The notes: a model not told the origin generated them from the sequence alone. 64,000 bases of DNA from Promethearchaeota archaeon (GCA_048941285.1 JBHLNS010000007.1:41686-105685), one strand, 5' to 3'; positions 1 to 10,711 are shown, counted from the stretch's first letter. Numbers and translations: made by a program.

Positions 1-56
1 GAAAATTTGAAGAAAAAAGGAATAATAAAATAGCTAAAAATAATATTTAATTTTAT

Positions 57-962
57 TTAGTGTGAAACTATCTTCTCTTCTATAAATCCACTATACTTTA
101 AACCATTAATCATCATATTTATAAAAATTTCAAATGCCTTCTCGGTCCAAAACTTAGAGTTAGGAGTTATAGTTTGGTAGTATTTACTTGTTATATACTC
201 AATTGAAGGATTTTCATTATACCATTCAATAAGGGAATTCTTAACTTTAAAATATGAATCTTCCATTTCATTCAAAATTTGAGTAAAATGTGCATCTTTC
301 CATATACCAAAATGAGCTAGGGATATTGAATCTATTTTATCCTCCAAATTTCTTAATTTATTAAAAGTTTTTAGAAGCTCTTCTTCGTTAAATTCAGGAG
401 GCATGAGAGGGACAAAAAAAGCATTCTCGTCTAATCTCATAATTATAGCATCCCCTACAAATAAATTTCTATTTTTTTTATCAAATAAAGCTATAGAATC
501 CATCGTATGTCCATAAAAGTTCATTACTTCTAATTCCAATCCATTTATATCAATGATATCACCTTCCTTTAACGGAGTTACTTCTTGTTCAAACGGATAT
601 AGATCACCCATACCTTCATATCCTTTCATCATTCTTTCTGGATTTCGCAAATTATCTACAGCATTTTCTGCCGCTAACACCTCAACTTCACTCTCTTTCA
701 TCGAATTTATTATCTTAGATAAACCTTGAGCGTGATCCCAATGGGAATGAGATAAAATAATTTTATCAATAGGATATACCCCAAGATCTTTGATTTTTTT
801 TATGATTTTGCGAGATTTTAATGTTTCTCCAACATCAATCATCAGACGCATTCCGCCATGTTCAATAATATAAATTGAAAGAAATTTTTGCGTTCCCATT
901 GTCATTCCATCTATAAGATAATAATTATCATTAATTTTGCCTTCGGAATTTATAATTGTCAT
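57..962 (-). CDS. MBL-fold metallo-hydrolase
   Basis: HSHWDH (HxHxDH), GHT, GD and distal AHFG motifs; AGGTGA SD upstream of ATG. Confidence 0.85.
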   Translation of the reverse strand: MTIINSEGKINDNYYLIDGMTMGTQKFLSIYIIEHGGMRLMIDVGETLKSRKIIKKIKDLGVYPIDKIILSHSHWDHAQGLSKIINSMKESEVEVLAAENAVDNLRNPERMMKGYEGMGDLYPFEQEVTPLKEGDIIDINGLELEVMNFYGHTMDSIALFDKKNRNLFVGDAIIMRLDENAFFVPLMPPEFNEEELLKTFNKLRNLEDKIDSISLAHFGIWKDAHFTQILNEMEDSYFKVKNSLIEWYNENPSIEYITSKYYQTITPNSKFWTEKAFEIFINMMINGLKYSGFIEEKIVSH

Positions 963-1087
963 TCAAATCACCTTACAATTTTTTTATAAGATAAGTATTT
1001 TGATTATGATTTAAATCTTAGGTAAGGCATCTAGAGCTGAAAAAAAGCCCCCTAAAATTTAGTATTTTAAAAAAAATAATAAAAAAA

Positions 1088-1441
1088 TTAAATCAATGAT
1101 GAGAGTGCTGAACTAGCAGCATCTAATTTTAAATTTATTATACCTAATTTTGCTTCACGGGTAGTTATTATAGTTAATATATTGCCCTTAATTTCACTAA
1201 ATAGGATTTTCCCTTTTTCAGATTCAATAATTGCACTAAAAAATTGACCTTGTTCCAATTCTTTTGTTGCTCTCTGGCTAGCTTTCAAAACTAGAGTAAC
1301 CATCGCGGCTACTGCCTCAGGATCTACCCATCCTGGCAAAGCACTTCCTTTTATTAGCCCAAATTTCTCAATTATGGCAGCTCCGTGAACTCCCTTTATT
1401 GCTTTCAAGCTATTAAGAATTTCAGTGATTCTTTCACTCAT
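1088..1441 (-). CDS. Roadblock/LC7 (MglB-like) domain protein
   Basis: ~117 aa; L..IKGVHGAAII...GL, 'EAVAAM' helix, EL..G....IIE.E.G.I pattern of the roadblock fold; ATG at 1441 preferred over TTG 1450. Confidence 0.85.
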   Translation of the reverse strand: MSERITEILNSLKAIKGVHGAAIIEKFGLIKGSALPGWVDPEAVAAMVTLVLKASQRATKELEQGQFFSAIIESEKGKILFSEIKGNILTIITTREAKLGIINLKLDAASSALSSLI

Positions 1442-1558
1442 ATAACTCAAACTATATTTATTTAATGAGAAAATTATTTCTTTATTTATTATGTAAGATT
1501 TAATTATATTTAAGTATAAGAATCTTGCTTAAAAAAGCTATTTTTTCTTAACTTATCA

Positions 1559-2731
1559 ATGGAAAAACAACAAAAAAGTATTGAGCCCCAAATGGTAGAT
1601 ATTATTTTTCGTCATTATAGAGAAGGAGATGAAAAACAACTTGCAGAATTATTTAATCAGGCATTCAAAAGAAGTGTTGTTATAAGAACATCTACTGGAT
1701 GGCATTGGAGATATGTCAAATCCCCGGGATTTGAACCAGAAATGTGTCAAATTGCAGAAGATGTTGATAGAAATATAATTGTTGGAGCTATTCTAGTTAA
1801 TTTAATAGAAACAAGACCATTTGGTCAAAAGAAATACTTAATAGGTGATTTAAATGATGTTTCTACTCATCCTAATTATACTAAAAGAGGAATAGCAACA
1901 AAATTGATGGAAAATTCAATCGATTATATGAAGAAAAAAGGATGTGACTTTTCAATGCTAAGTACAGGATTAAGAAGTTTTGCTAGAACTAATATATATC
2001 AAAAATTTGGATATTTTGATCTAGAAAAGGAGTATTATTTTGTTCAAATTCCCAGTGCTGTTCAACTTATCAGAAATTTTTTGGGATTTGCTTTTCTCTT
2101 TCCTATAGTTTTAACCCTCTCCTATTTACCACGATTTTTAAATAGACTAAGATTAAAATTCAATAATTTCCTTAAAGACTTTTCTTATGAAATTAATCAT
2201 AATACGAAACATTTTGAATTTATGAATAGCATTAATAGGATTAGCCCAAAAATTTATGAAGGCTATCCTAGATATGATCATTTAAAATTTAATTGGGCAA
2301 GAATAAATGTTCCTGCTAATAACAATAGACCGACTTATATTATAATAAAAAAAGGGGGAGAGCCTGTTGGTGGTGCTGTTATTACTCATCAACTTATTAA
2401 AGCCCATAAATATGGGTTGAAATTAAGATTAGGAATTATTCATGAAATATTTCTGAACAAAAGTACGTTTAATAACTTTTATAATCATTATCTAGGATAT
2501 GTTTATTTAGTTGATAAAATCCTTAAAGCTGCTACCCATAGACATTTAGGGATATTATTGTATACGTCTAGTTTTAACGCAAATTATTTAAACCAAGCAT
2601 TTAGAGGGATGAGTTTTTTCAAGATACAAAATGATGTAATAATGGTGAAAGAGTTAAAGAAGAATCTTAAGTTCCCTAAACTCAAAAAACCTCTATTTAT
2701 TCCAACGTATTTGACTTTAGGTGTGGTTTAA
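1559..2731 (+). CDS. GNAT family N-acetyltransferase
   Basis: VSTHPNYTKRGIATKLM acetyl-CoA motif A; YQKFGY motif B. Confidence 0.8.
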   Translation: MEKQQKSIEPQMVDIIFRHYREGDEKQLAELFNQAFKRSVVIRTSTGWHWRYVKSPGFEPEMCQIAEDVDRNIIVGAILVNLIETRPFGQKKYLIGDLNDVSTHPNYTKRGIATKLMENSIDYMKKKGCDFSMLSTGLRSFARTNIYQKFGYFDLEKEYYFVQIPSAVQLIRNFLGFAFLFPIVLTLSYLPRFLNRLRLKFNNFLKDFSYEINHNTKHFEFMNSINRISPKIYEGYPRYDHLKFNWARINVPANNNRPTYIIIKKGGEPVGGAVITHQLIKAHKYGLKLRLGIIHEIFLNKSTFNNFYNHYLGYVYLVDKILKAATHRHLGILLYTSSFNANYLNQAFRGMSFFKIQNDVIMVKELKKNLKFPKLKKPLFIPTYLTLGVV

Positions 2732-2801
2732 AAGACAAAAACATAAATATTCAATTTTTGATATTTATTGTAACTAAATTTTAATATTTGGAGTAGGGTT
2801 A

Positions 2802-3584
2802 ATGGGAAAAGAAGTTGATGAAGGTAAAAAAATATTTAAAGAAGCATTTGACGTACTAAATGATTATTTCGAAGAAAAACGATCTGACACCGTAATGGAA
2901 GAAGAAAAGAAAGCTAAAAAGGGAAAGGTAGCTTTAGCTAAATTTTCAAAAGGTCTGATTGGAAAAACAGATAAAATTAATTTCAGGATTTTAATTGGAC
3001 ATAAAAAAGAAATTGGAGACTGTATTTATGAAGCTGTCTATTTAAGTGATAAAAAGGAACCGAAAATTTACATTTTTAAAGTTAATTCGGGAAAGCCTTG
3101 CAGTACAGTCCTAATTAATTTCAAGGAAGAAGATTGGAATGGCTATAAAAAAGTTGAGAAATTCAAATCACTAACAAAATTCTTAGAATCTGCATATAAT
3201 GATGGGATTTATTACAAAGGAAAGAAGGAAAAAAAAGAAGACGCGTTAAATAGACTTATTAAAGGTCTAAAAAGATCCCTAGAAGCAGTTGAAGATGAAG
3301 AAAAAGCAAAAAAAGGAGATAATAGTCCAATTGCTTTGAAAATAGCCAAGTTTGTAGCGGTAGCGGCAGTAACTACGATAGTTTCAGCAGCATTAACTCC
3401 AGCAGCGGGTGTTATAGCCCAAGAAATTGCAGGGGGTGGATCTATCACAGGTGATGTTTTAGGCGCAGCTGCTCAGGCTGCAGGAGAAGGATTAAAAAAT
3501 TTAGTGGATCCCGCAAACATAGCAAAAAAAATTGTAACCAAAGTTATTACGAAAGGTAAAGATTTACCCGGAACAAATAAATAA
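2802..3584 (+). CDS. hypothetical protein with Ala/Gly-rich hydrophobic C-terminal segment
   Basis: 260-aa ORF, GGAG SD upstream; charged N-domain and hydrophobic C-terminal region. Confidence 0.6.
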   Translation: MGKEVDEGKKIFKEAFDVLNDYFEEKRSDTVMEEEKKAKKGKVALAKFSKGLIGKTDKINFRILIGHKKEIGDCIYEAVYLSDKKEPKIYIFKVNSGKPCSTVLINFKEEDWNGYKKVEKFKSLTKFLESAYNDGIYYKGKKEKKEDALNRLIKGLKRSLEAVEDEEKAKKGDNSPIALKIAKFVAVAAVTTIVSAALTPAAGVIAQEIAGGGSITGDVLGAAAQAAGEGLKNLVDPANIAKKIVTKVITKGKDLPGTNK

Positions 3585-3663
3585 AAAATAACAATAATAA
3601 ATTTCTTAAGTTATAAGATGTTTATTATCTAAATTTATTTAGATATTTATCGAGAAAAATAAA

Positions 3664-4134
3664 TTGTCAGAAGTAGCAAAATATCAAAATGTCTTTAGAA
3701 GTATATTAGTTTCAGGCGTGATCACTTTTACAGCTTATCTAATAACTTCGATAATATCATTTATAGTAGGTTTTCCTTTTCTCCCTGGCTATTTTCTTGT
3801 TGCGGATATACAATTTTTAATTGGAACCGTTTTTGGTGTAATTTATTTTATAAAAAAGCGGAGACCAGATCAATCAATTTTATTATATTGTGTAATAGTA
3901 GGGATAGTTGGAGGAATATTAGCTGCTTTATTTATTAGTATATATCAATGGGTTTTATTTCTCAACATTTATATGTTTGTTATATATTTCATACCTTGTC
4001 TTATTTCTGGAGTATTTATTGGGTTCTTAATTGGGGTTATTATAAGTGTATACAATATGTATAAAGAGGTAAAAGAAGAGAGACCAGAAAAGCATTATGA
4101 TGATGATTTCTTTAAAGAGTTGATTGAAGAATAA
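3664..4134 (+). CDS. 4-TM membrane protein
   Basis: four hydrophobic helices with GxxxG motifs, acidic tail. Confidence 0.65.
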   Translation: MSEVAKYQNVFRSILVSGVITFTAYLITSIISFIVGFPFLPGYFLVADIQFLIGTVFGVIYFIKKRRPDQSILLYCVIVGIVGGILAALFISIYQWVLFLNIYMFVIYFIPCLISGVFIGFLIGVIISVYNMYKEVKEERPEKHYDDDFFKELIEE

Positions 4135-4307
4135 TTATTAAAATACAATAAATCTTTTAATCTAAATTTTTAAGTGATTTTTAAGATTTTTAGTATCCTT
4201 TATCCTTGAATGAAGATATTTTGCTTAATAATTGGACTCTAAAAGAAATTAATTCCATAAATTTCTAATTTTTATTAATTAATAATAATTGAATTTAGGA
4301 TAGGAAA

Positions 4308-4601
4308 GTGAGTAAAGCAACTATCTGGCAATATAAAGAGTTTGTTCAGTCAAGAAAAGAAAAAATAGTAAATATGCTAATCAGTGAGATTATATTTCTA
4401 AAATCACGTTTTAAAAGGGCTCAGAATAAAGATGAATTACAATCTCTCAAAAAAGCACTGGAAAAATTAGATTATCTCCTAAATACGCTTAAAAGTAAGA
4501 GTTCTATAATTTCTGAAGAAGATTTTGATAAAATAGTCATGTTGATTTATCAAATTTTTAAAGATATTGCAGATAATTTAGAACAAACAATTAAAGTTTA
4601 A
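4308..4601 (+). CDS. small helical hypothetical protein
   Basis: 97-aa ORF, amphipathic helical composition. Confidence 0.5.
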   Translation: MSKATIWQYKEFVQSRKEKIVNMLISEIIFLKSRFKRAQNKDELQSLKKALEKLDYLLNTLKSKSSIISEEDFDKIVMLIYQIFKDIADNLEQTIKV

Positions 4602-5403
4602 GAACATTAAATTCCTTGAATGCTCTCAATGCACATATTGTAGCATTTACTCTATGTTCTTCTCCTTCACCTTCTTCCTGATCCCAACTTCCATCTGTTT
4701 TTTGTTTCATTTCTAGCTCTGAAAGTGATTTTAAAACTAATTTATGGTCAGATGATAACCTTGCATCTTTTAAGCAACGAATTAACCAGGCTATATATGC
4801 TCCTTTCCAATCCGGGGAGAAATTTTCTTCAACAACCTTAACCGCTTTATTGAATGATTCAGCATCTGCCCCAGAATAAAAAGCTAACATGGGTAGTGCT
4901 AACCAAGTAGCTCTTAAATAACCCTTTAATCTTCCAGAAGAATCACTATTCGCGAGTAAGAAATCAGTCGGACAATATGTCCCTTCTGCTTCTGCATAAC
5001 CAAAACGAATTAATATATGGGCACAATATGCAGTTAGCCAAACTCGAGTTTCAATACGCCCAGGGATCATCCACTTTGGTGGAGTATATTTGGAAATTTC
5101 AGAAATTTCATCCCAACCCCCGTCTTTTTGTTGATGAGATAATATATATTTACATGCGGGAACCACGATCTCTCCTTTATATATTTTCAAATCATCAAAC
5201 CATTCTAGAATATAACAAGTATCTGTAATATTACTCATTTCTTTTACCCAATAAGAAAAACCTCCATCAGTGTTCTGAAATAATTTCAATTTTTGTAAAA
5301 CCTCCTCAGATGGTTCTTCATCCCTCAAAATAGCTGAAAGGCGAGCCTTTTCTATGGAATTCCCATGGATTTTTACGAACCTAATAGATTTATGAATATT
5401 CAT
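4591..5403 (-). CDS. prenyltransferase/squalene oxidase (QW) repeat protein
   Basis: repeated QxxDGG[WF] motifs (QNTDGGF, QQKDGGW, QKTDGSW); ATG 5403 is the likely start. Confidence 0.75.
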   Translation of the reverse strand: MNIHKSIRFVKIHGNSIEKARLSAILRDEEPSEEVLQKLKLFQNTDGGFSYWVKEMSNITDTCYILEWFDDLKIYKGEIVVPACKYILSHQQKDGGWDEISEISKYTPPKWMIPGRIETRVWLTAYCAHILIRFGYAEAEGTYCPTDFLLANSDSSGRLKGYLRATWLALPMLAFYSGADAESFNKAVKVVEENFSPDWKGAYIAWLIRCLKDARLSSDHKLVLKSLSELEMKQKTDGSWDQEEGEGEEHRVNATICALRAFKEFNVLKL

Positions 5404-5606
5404 GAATTTCTTTTGAGATTTGAATTGTGCTTTCTCCAATTTTATGTATGAATTTATTGGTAAAGATTTTAATCTTTTGTACCAATGTGTTGTGAAATAA
5501 TCCTTAGATCATGTAATTCTCAAATAAATAATTGTGAAATATGTCAATTTTTTACTAGAAATCAAGAATTAGATATTAATTAAAAAGATAAAAAAAATGT
5601 TTAAAA

Positions 5607-6551
5607 TTACATTTTAATTAAAAGTCCAACAGCATCCATTAGGGTTTCTTTTCTTGGCAAACCTTTCATTAATTCACTTTTAACTCTTTCAGCAAGAATT
5701 TGAGGAGTCCATTTCTTACCGTCATTACTGATCATATTAACTGCATGCCATCCCTGATAAACCCAACACTTATCTCCAGACACTCTAAATACCTCGCCCG
5801 TTATTTTTCTTGCATTATCTGATGCTAAAAACACTGCCATAGGAGCAAAGTTCACAGGATTAAAAACATCAAAACCGGTTTCATCTGTTTTACTCATAAC
5901 ATCTGCCATTGATGGAGTTGCATCAGTAGTAAGCCGTGTTCGAGCAATCGGTACAAGACAGTTAACTGTAGCATACTTTTTTAACTCCATTGCGGATATA
6001 ATAGTAAAAGCAGCAATTCCTGCTTTTGCAGCACCATAATTAGATTGTCCCATATTCCCTAATAAACCAGCATCAGAAGCGGTGTTAATTATAGTCCCAA
6101 AATTTTTCAACTTCGGATCTGCCTTTCCTTGCTCTCTAAAATATGCTGCAGCATGACGAGTCATGTTAAAAGTACCTTTTAAATGTACTGCTATAACATC
6201 ATCAAATTCTTTTTCTGTCATGTTAAAAAGCATTCGATCCCGGAGAATTCCGGCATTGTTTAATAAAATATCTAATTTCCCAAACTCAGAGATCGCTTGA
6301 TCAATCATAGCTTTAGCTTTGTTAAAATCTGTAACAGAATCATAATTCCCAACAGCTTTAACGCCTAATTTTTTACACTCTTCAGCTACTTCGTCAGCAA
6401 TCTTAGTAGGAGCCCCACTCCCATCAAATCCGGCACCTAAATCGTTAATTACTAGATTACACCCTTCTCTCGCCATTGCTAAAGCTTCTTCACGTCCAAG
6501 ACCTCGACCAGCCCCAGTAATTATTGCTACCTTACCATCTAACATTCCCAT
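5607..6551 (-). CDS. SDR family oxidoreductase (3-hydroxyacyl-CoA dehydrogenase/MFE-2-like)
   Basis: TGAGRGLG, NDLG, NNAGILRD, YGAAK motifs. Confidence 0.9.
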   Translation of the reverse strand: MGMLDGKVAIITGAGRGLGREEALAMAREGCNLVINDLGAGFDGSGAPTKIADEVAEECKKLGVKAVGNYDSVTDFNKAKAMIDQAISEFGKLDILLNNAGILRDRMLFNMTEKEFDDVIAVHLKGTFNMTRHAAAYFREQGKADPKLKNFGTIINTASDAGLLGNMGQSNYGAAKAGIAAFTIISAMELKKYATVNCLVPIARTRLTTDATPSMADVMSKTDETGFDVFNPVNFAPMAVFLASDNARKITGEVFRVSGDKCWVYQGWHAVNMISNDGKKWTPQILAERVKSELMKGLPRKETLMDAVGLLIKM

Positions 6552-6701
6552 AATATTTTTTCCTCTTTAATATTATTTTTTTATTTTATTTCAAAATTTT
6601 ATGTGCTAAATAATATGTACTAATAAAAAATTATTTCTAAAATTAAGGATTTTTATATTTATCATATTTTTATAAAGAAGATTATATATACATTTGATTA
6701 A

Positions 6702-7214
6702 TTGGAGATATGCTTGGAATCCATCACTCATAATCTAACAGCGATTCTTATTCAGATACTATCCTTCAATTTTTTTTTATATCCGATAAATATCATTTCA
6801 ACAGTTATATTTGCTTTTTTATCCCATTTCCTGTCTGATGCCTTATCTAAATTAACATATCACACCCCTGAAGCAATGAAAAAGGATAAATTTTGGATTA
6901 TATGGCATATAATTATCTATTCTGCTTCCATAGTAAGTTCTATTATATTTTTTGTTCCATTCTGGTTCGCGATTTTATCTGTGAACTTTCCAGATATTAT
7001 AGATTGGTTTATTTTAAGACCTATTCAAAATAAAAAACAAAGAAAAAAGCTAAAAATTGAAGGGAAAAAGAATTATCTTCTCCATCAAATTTCAGATTGG
7101 ATTCGTGATAAAATATTTTTTTGGCTTCCAGATTTTACATATAAAAAATATGGAGTAATAAATGAATTATTAGTAATAGGAATTTTATCCTTTTTGATTT
7201 ATTTATATATTTGA
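6702..7214 (+). CDS. membrane protein (possible metal-dependent hydrolase-like)
   Basis: TM helices with TH, SHFLSD and PD motifs. Confidence 0.55.
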   Translation: MEICLESITHNLTAILIQILSFNFFLYPINIISTVIFAFLSHFLSDALSKLTYHTPEAMKKDKFWIIWHIIIYSASIVSSIIFFVPFWFAILSVNFPDIIDWFILRPIQNKKQRKKLKIEGKKNYLLHQISDWIRDKIFFWLPDFTYKKYGVINELLVIGILSFLIYLYI

Positions 7215-7613
7215 GTTATTCCTACTAAAGCAATCTATATTATTGAAATAAAATAAATGACTTATACACATGCAATCTGAGGAACCAAAATTTCTTATTA
7301 AATCATCACAGATTTCAGATAATCCTTGAGCGATTATACATTCTAATTGTTCAATTGAGGGAATTAAATAGATTTTAGTTATCATGGAATGATTCTCTGC
7401 TAGAAGATAATCTATATGCCAATGAATACTTTTATTTTTTCGACTTGAAAGATGTCTTTTAACTCTATTCAATAATGCTGAGGAACCATAATTCCCCATA
7501 GCTGATCCTACATATAAATAAAATCCTTTTCTGAATACAATCTCCCCTAAAGCCCCAACGATGAGACGAATATCATTCTCTACAAAAACGACTAAAATAT
7601 ATGATCCTTTCAT
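7203..7613 (-). CDS. GIY-YIG nuclease family protein (DUF123/Uri-like)
   Basis: KGSYIL, YLYVGSA, RVKRH, HWHIDYL, FGSSDC.C.SHL. Confidence 0.85.
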   Translation of the reverse strand: MKGSYILVVFVENDIRLIVGALGEIVFRKGFYLYVGSAMGNYGSSALLNRVKRHLSSRKNKSIHWHIDYLLAENHSMITKIYLIPSIEQLECIIAQGLSEICDDLIRNFGSSDCMCISHLFYFNNIDCFSRNNSNI

Positions 7614-7786
7614 TTACCGCATTTTATTTTATGATCGTGATAACAACCATCACAAAGGTATTCTCCGCATTTTTTACAAATGTTACCACATATTTCACAT
7701 ATTGGAGTAAAGCACTCCACACATTCATAAATTTCACCGGATATATTTTCCCCACAATTCTCGCAAATAACTTCTTCTTCACTCAT
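7610..7786 (-). CDS. 58-aa Cys-rich zinc-finger protein (absent from ORF track)
   Basis: manual translation MSEEEVICENCGENISGEIYECVECFTPICEICGNICKKCGEYLCDGCYHDHKIKCGK*; five CxxC; ATGA overlap with the DUF123 start. Confidence 0.85.
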   Translation of the reverse strand: MSEEEVICENCGENISGEIYECVECFTPICEICGNICKKCGEYLCDGCYHDHKIKCGK

Positions 7787-7972
7787 TTTGACAAATTAAA
7801 TATCATTTAATTAATTATGTTAAATATATAATTAAGCATAAAAACGCCTATTATTATACGATGAATAACTAAGTATACCTCTTTACTTTTAGATTATTAT
7901 TTTATTAACTAAAACTTTATTATAACTCTTTAATTCAATATTTGTAAACATTTTTGAGAAAACTACTAACTT

Positions 7973-9721
7973 ATGGCAATTCCACCAGAAGAAGAAAAGT
8001 TTCAAATTGAATTTGAGCGAGATCGGAAATTTTTTGAACGAGAGGGCAGTTCCCGTGCAGTCACTTCTGGTTCTCTCTACATGTTTTTTTCTTTAATTTA
8101 TGCGACTTGTATATGGGTTTTTGTTATATTAGCTACAGGTTGGCCAGGTTTAACCTATTTTGGATTAACAACAGCAATAAATGGTATTGTAAGTTTGATA
8201 GGAATTGGTATTACTCGATATTTCATTGCTGAAATTAAAGCAGCTTTTGTTATTAATGAAGAATTCGGACGTTTAAAAGCTTCTACTTACTCAAAATTAT
8301 TGTTTTTCATAGGATTATCGATAGGTCTAGCGCTGATACTTACACCTTTCATTTTTGGGTTTTTTTTAACAAATAATTTATTAAGAGGTTGTATCTTTGC
8401 TTCAGGTTTTTCAACAATTTTAATATATAGCATGTCTATTTTTCAGATTGGATTAGAAATAAAAAATAGATATGATATAATAGCATTCCTATCTATATTT
8501 GGAGGTATTTCTCTTTTGATTTCAGGGTTTATTTTTATTGTATTTAATCTTAATCCTTTCGGTTTTGCTTTTTATCCTTTTTTTAATTTTCCGACATTAT
8601 TTCTTTTTATTTATTACTTCTATAAATTAGCACCTTATTCAATTAGAGATATTATATATGCAAGTTTAAGAACTCGAAATATGAAAAAGAGAGCATCTCC
8701 AGAAATTAAAGATCTAATTGAGGATCATCAAATACTACTATATCTAAAAAATTCTATATATTCTATGATTACAAACATTCAAAACTCAAAATTTTTCGAA
8801 GATATTCTATTCTTAAGTGCTGCTTTTTATTTAGCTATTTTTACTGATGCTTCATATCAATTATTTGCGGTTAGTTTATTAACTGTTTTAATGACTTATG
8901 GTGCGGTAAAGGCTGTTATCTTGTATTACTCCTCACCTTTAAATATTGAAATAGCTGAAGCATGTGTTAGAGAAAGTCATCAAACAGTTGAAGATTCAAT
9001 TAACGCTTCTACGCGTATTGCAAGTATTTTAGCCTTAGGTTTCTTAACAGCTATGATAGCACTATCAGGTGAATTATTATTTTATTTACATCGAGAGCTT
9101 TTTTTTGAGGGGCTTATATTTAACAACGAAGCATTTCTGATGGCAAGAATTTTGTTTATCCTTATTATAACTGGTCAATTTATTTATGGATATGCTACTT
9201 TATTTGGTAATGCATTAATTGGATCTGGAAATGCCTCTTTAGCAGCGAAAGGATTTGGGATTACCTTGTGTATAATTATTGGAATTTCTCCAATTTTTAT
9301 TTTCCTTTTTGGAATACTAGGAATTGGAATAGTAATGTTAATTTCTGCGCTCTTTTTATTACCATATATTTTAATTCAACTTAAGAGAAAGCTTGAAATT
9401 ACATATAAATTTAGAATCTATAGATTGTTACCGAATTTAGCCATACTCTTTCTAATTATGGTATTAATCCCATTCAACAGTATATTAAGTATTTTATTAG
9501 GTATTATAATTGGAGCAACCCTTTATTTATTCTTAAATCCATTCTTTGGAGTTTCAATTCCTGAAGACCTACAAATGATCAACGATTTGTTTAACACCCT
9601 GAAATTAAGTTTTTTTGGAAATCTTATTGTAAATTTTATGAAAATAACTTATAATTTCAGCCCTTTGAATAAAAATAAAATAATTCTTGAACAGGATAAG
9701 TTAGTTTTAGTAAAAAAATAA
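7973..9721 (+). CDS. MOP/MATE-superfamily flippase-like membrane protein
   Basis: ~13-14 TM helices; C-terminal NALIGSG...LFGILGIG pattern of polysaccharide flippases. Confidence 0.6.
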   Translation: MAIPPEEEKFQIEFERDRKFFEREGSSRAVTSGSLYMFFSLIYATCIWVFVILATGWPGLTYFGLTTAINGIVSLIGIGITRYFIAEIKAAFVINEEFGRLKASTYSKLLFFIGLSIGLALILTPFIFGFFLTNNLLRGCIFASGFSTILIYSMSIFQIGLEIKNRYDIIAFLSIFGGISLLISGFIFIVFNLNPFGFAFYPFFNFPTLFLFIYYFYKLAPYSIRDIIYASLRTRNMKKRASPEIKDLIEDHQILLYLKNSIYSMITNIQNSKFFEDILFLSAAFYLAIFTDASYQLFAVSLLTVLMTYGAVKAVILYYSSPLNIEIAEACVRESHQTVEDSINASTRIASILALGFLTAMIALSGELLFYLHRELFFEGLIFNNEAFLMARILFILIITGQFIYGYATLFGNALIGSGNASLAAKGFGITLCIIIGISPIFIFLFGILGIGIVMLISALFLLPYILIQLKRKLEITYKFRIYRLLPNLAILFLIMVLIPFNSILSILLGIIIGATLYLFLNPFFGVSIPEDLQMINDLFNTLKLSFFGNLIVNFMKITYNFSPLNKNKIILEQDKLVLVKK

Positions 9722-9747
9722 ATCAGTGTTATTTTAAGAAAATTAAA

Positions 9748-10536
9748 TCATTTTCTATATTGATTAAAATCTGGTTTACGTTTCTCAATAAAAGCATTCT
9801 TTCCTTCAACGGCTTCTTCAGTTCCATAATACATGGATAATCCACCTACTCCTAATTGTGTAATACCAGTTACACCATCAGTTTCAGCTAAAAATGCATA
9901 TTTTAACATTTTAAGAGCTGTTGGACTTTTTTCTAATAATTCCTGGCACCATTGGTCTACCTCCTCATCTAACTTATCATAAGGTACAACATTATTTACA
10001 AGTCCCATTTGTAGAGCTTGTTGTGCTGTATATCTACGACATAAATACCATATTTCTTTAGCTCGTTTCACACCTACAGCACGCATCAAATCTCCTGTTC
10101 CATACCCCGGATCAAATGACCCAACACGAGGTCCAGCTTGCCCAAATTGTGCATGTTCTGCTGCAATACTAAGATCACAATTAACGTGCCATACATGCCC
10201 CCCTCCAATAGCATAACCATTTACTCTAGCAATTATAGGTTTTGGTAAGGTACGGATTAAAAGAGTTACTCGCTGCCAGCCAACTTCTAATGGTAAAATA
10301 TACTCTCCTGTATAACCTCCTACTTCTCGTGTACTTTGATCACCACCAGTACAGAAAGCTTTTTCTCCCTCTCCCGTAAAAACCACAACTCCAATTTTAT
10401 TATCCCAACATTGATCAAATGCATCAATTAATTCATGAACAGCTCGTAAATTACATGAATTATAACTTTCAGGGCGATTTATTGTTATACGAGCAATCCG
10501 ATCCTTCTTTTCAAAAATAATTTCTTTATATTCCAT
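9748..10536 (-). CDS. crotonase-family enzyme, BadI (2-ketocyclohexanecarboxyl-CoA hydrolase)/MenB-like
   Basis: AFCTGGDQST, GYAIGGG, GPRVGSFDPGYGT, EIWYLCRRY, EGKNAFIEKRKPDF. Confidence 0.8.
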   Translation of the reverse strand: MEYKEIIFEKKDRIARITINRPESYNSCNLRAVHELIDAFDQCWDNKIGVVVFTGEGEKAFCTGGDQSTREVGGYTGEYILPLEVGWQRVTLLIRTLPKPIIARVNGYAIGGGHVWHVNCDLSIAAEHAQFGQAGPRVGSFDPGYGTGDLMRAVGVKRAKEIWYLCRRYTAQQALQMGLVNNVVPYDKLDEEVDQWCQELLEKSPTALKMLKYAFLAETDGVTGITQLGVGGLSMYYGTEEAVEGKNAFIEKRKPDFNQYRK

Positions 10537-10711
10537 TTTTCTTATTCCAATTTTTTAATTAATTTCTTTTTGATAATTAATGTTTAAAAATGATTGTAAC
10601 ATATTAAACAATCTTTAATTACGAGTGAAAATTAGAAGATAACAAATCCAAATTTGCTATATATATAGAGAGGGTTTCTCTAAAATAGTGAAAACCTTGT
10701 TTCATGAAGTT

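Noticed and set aside
7601-7810. 69-aa plus-strand ORF
   Set aside because: Antisense shadow of the Cys-rich ORF at 7610-7786
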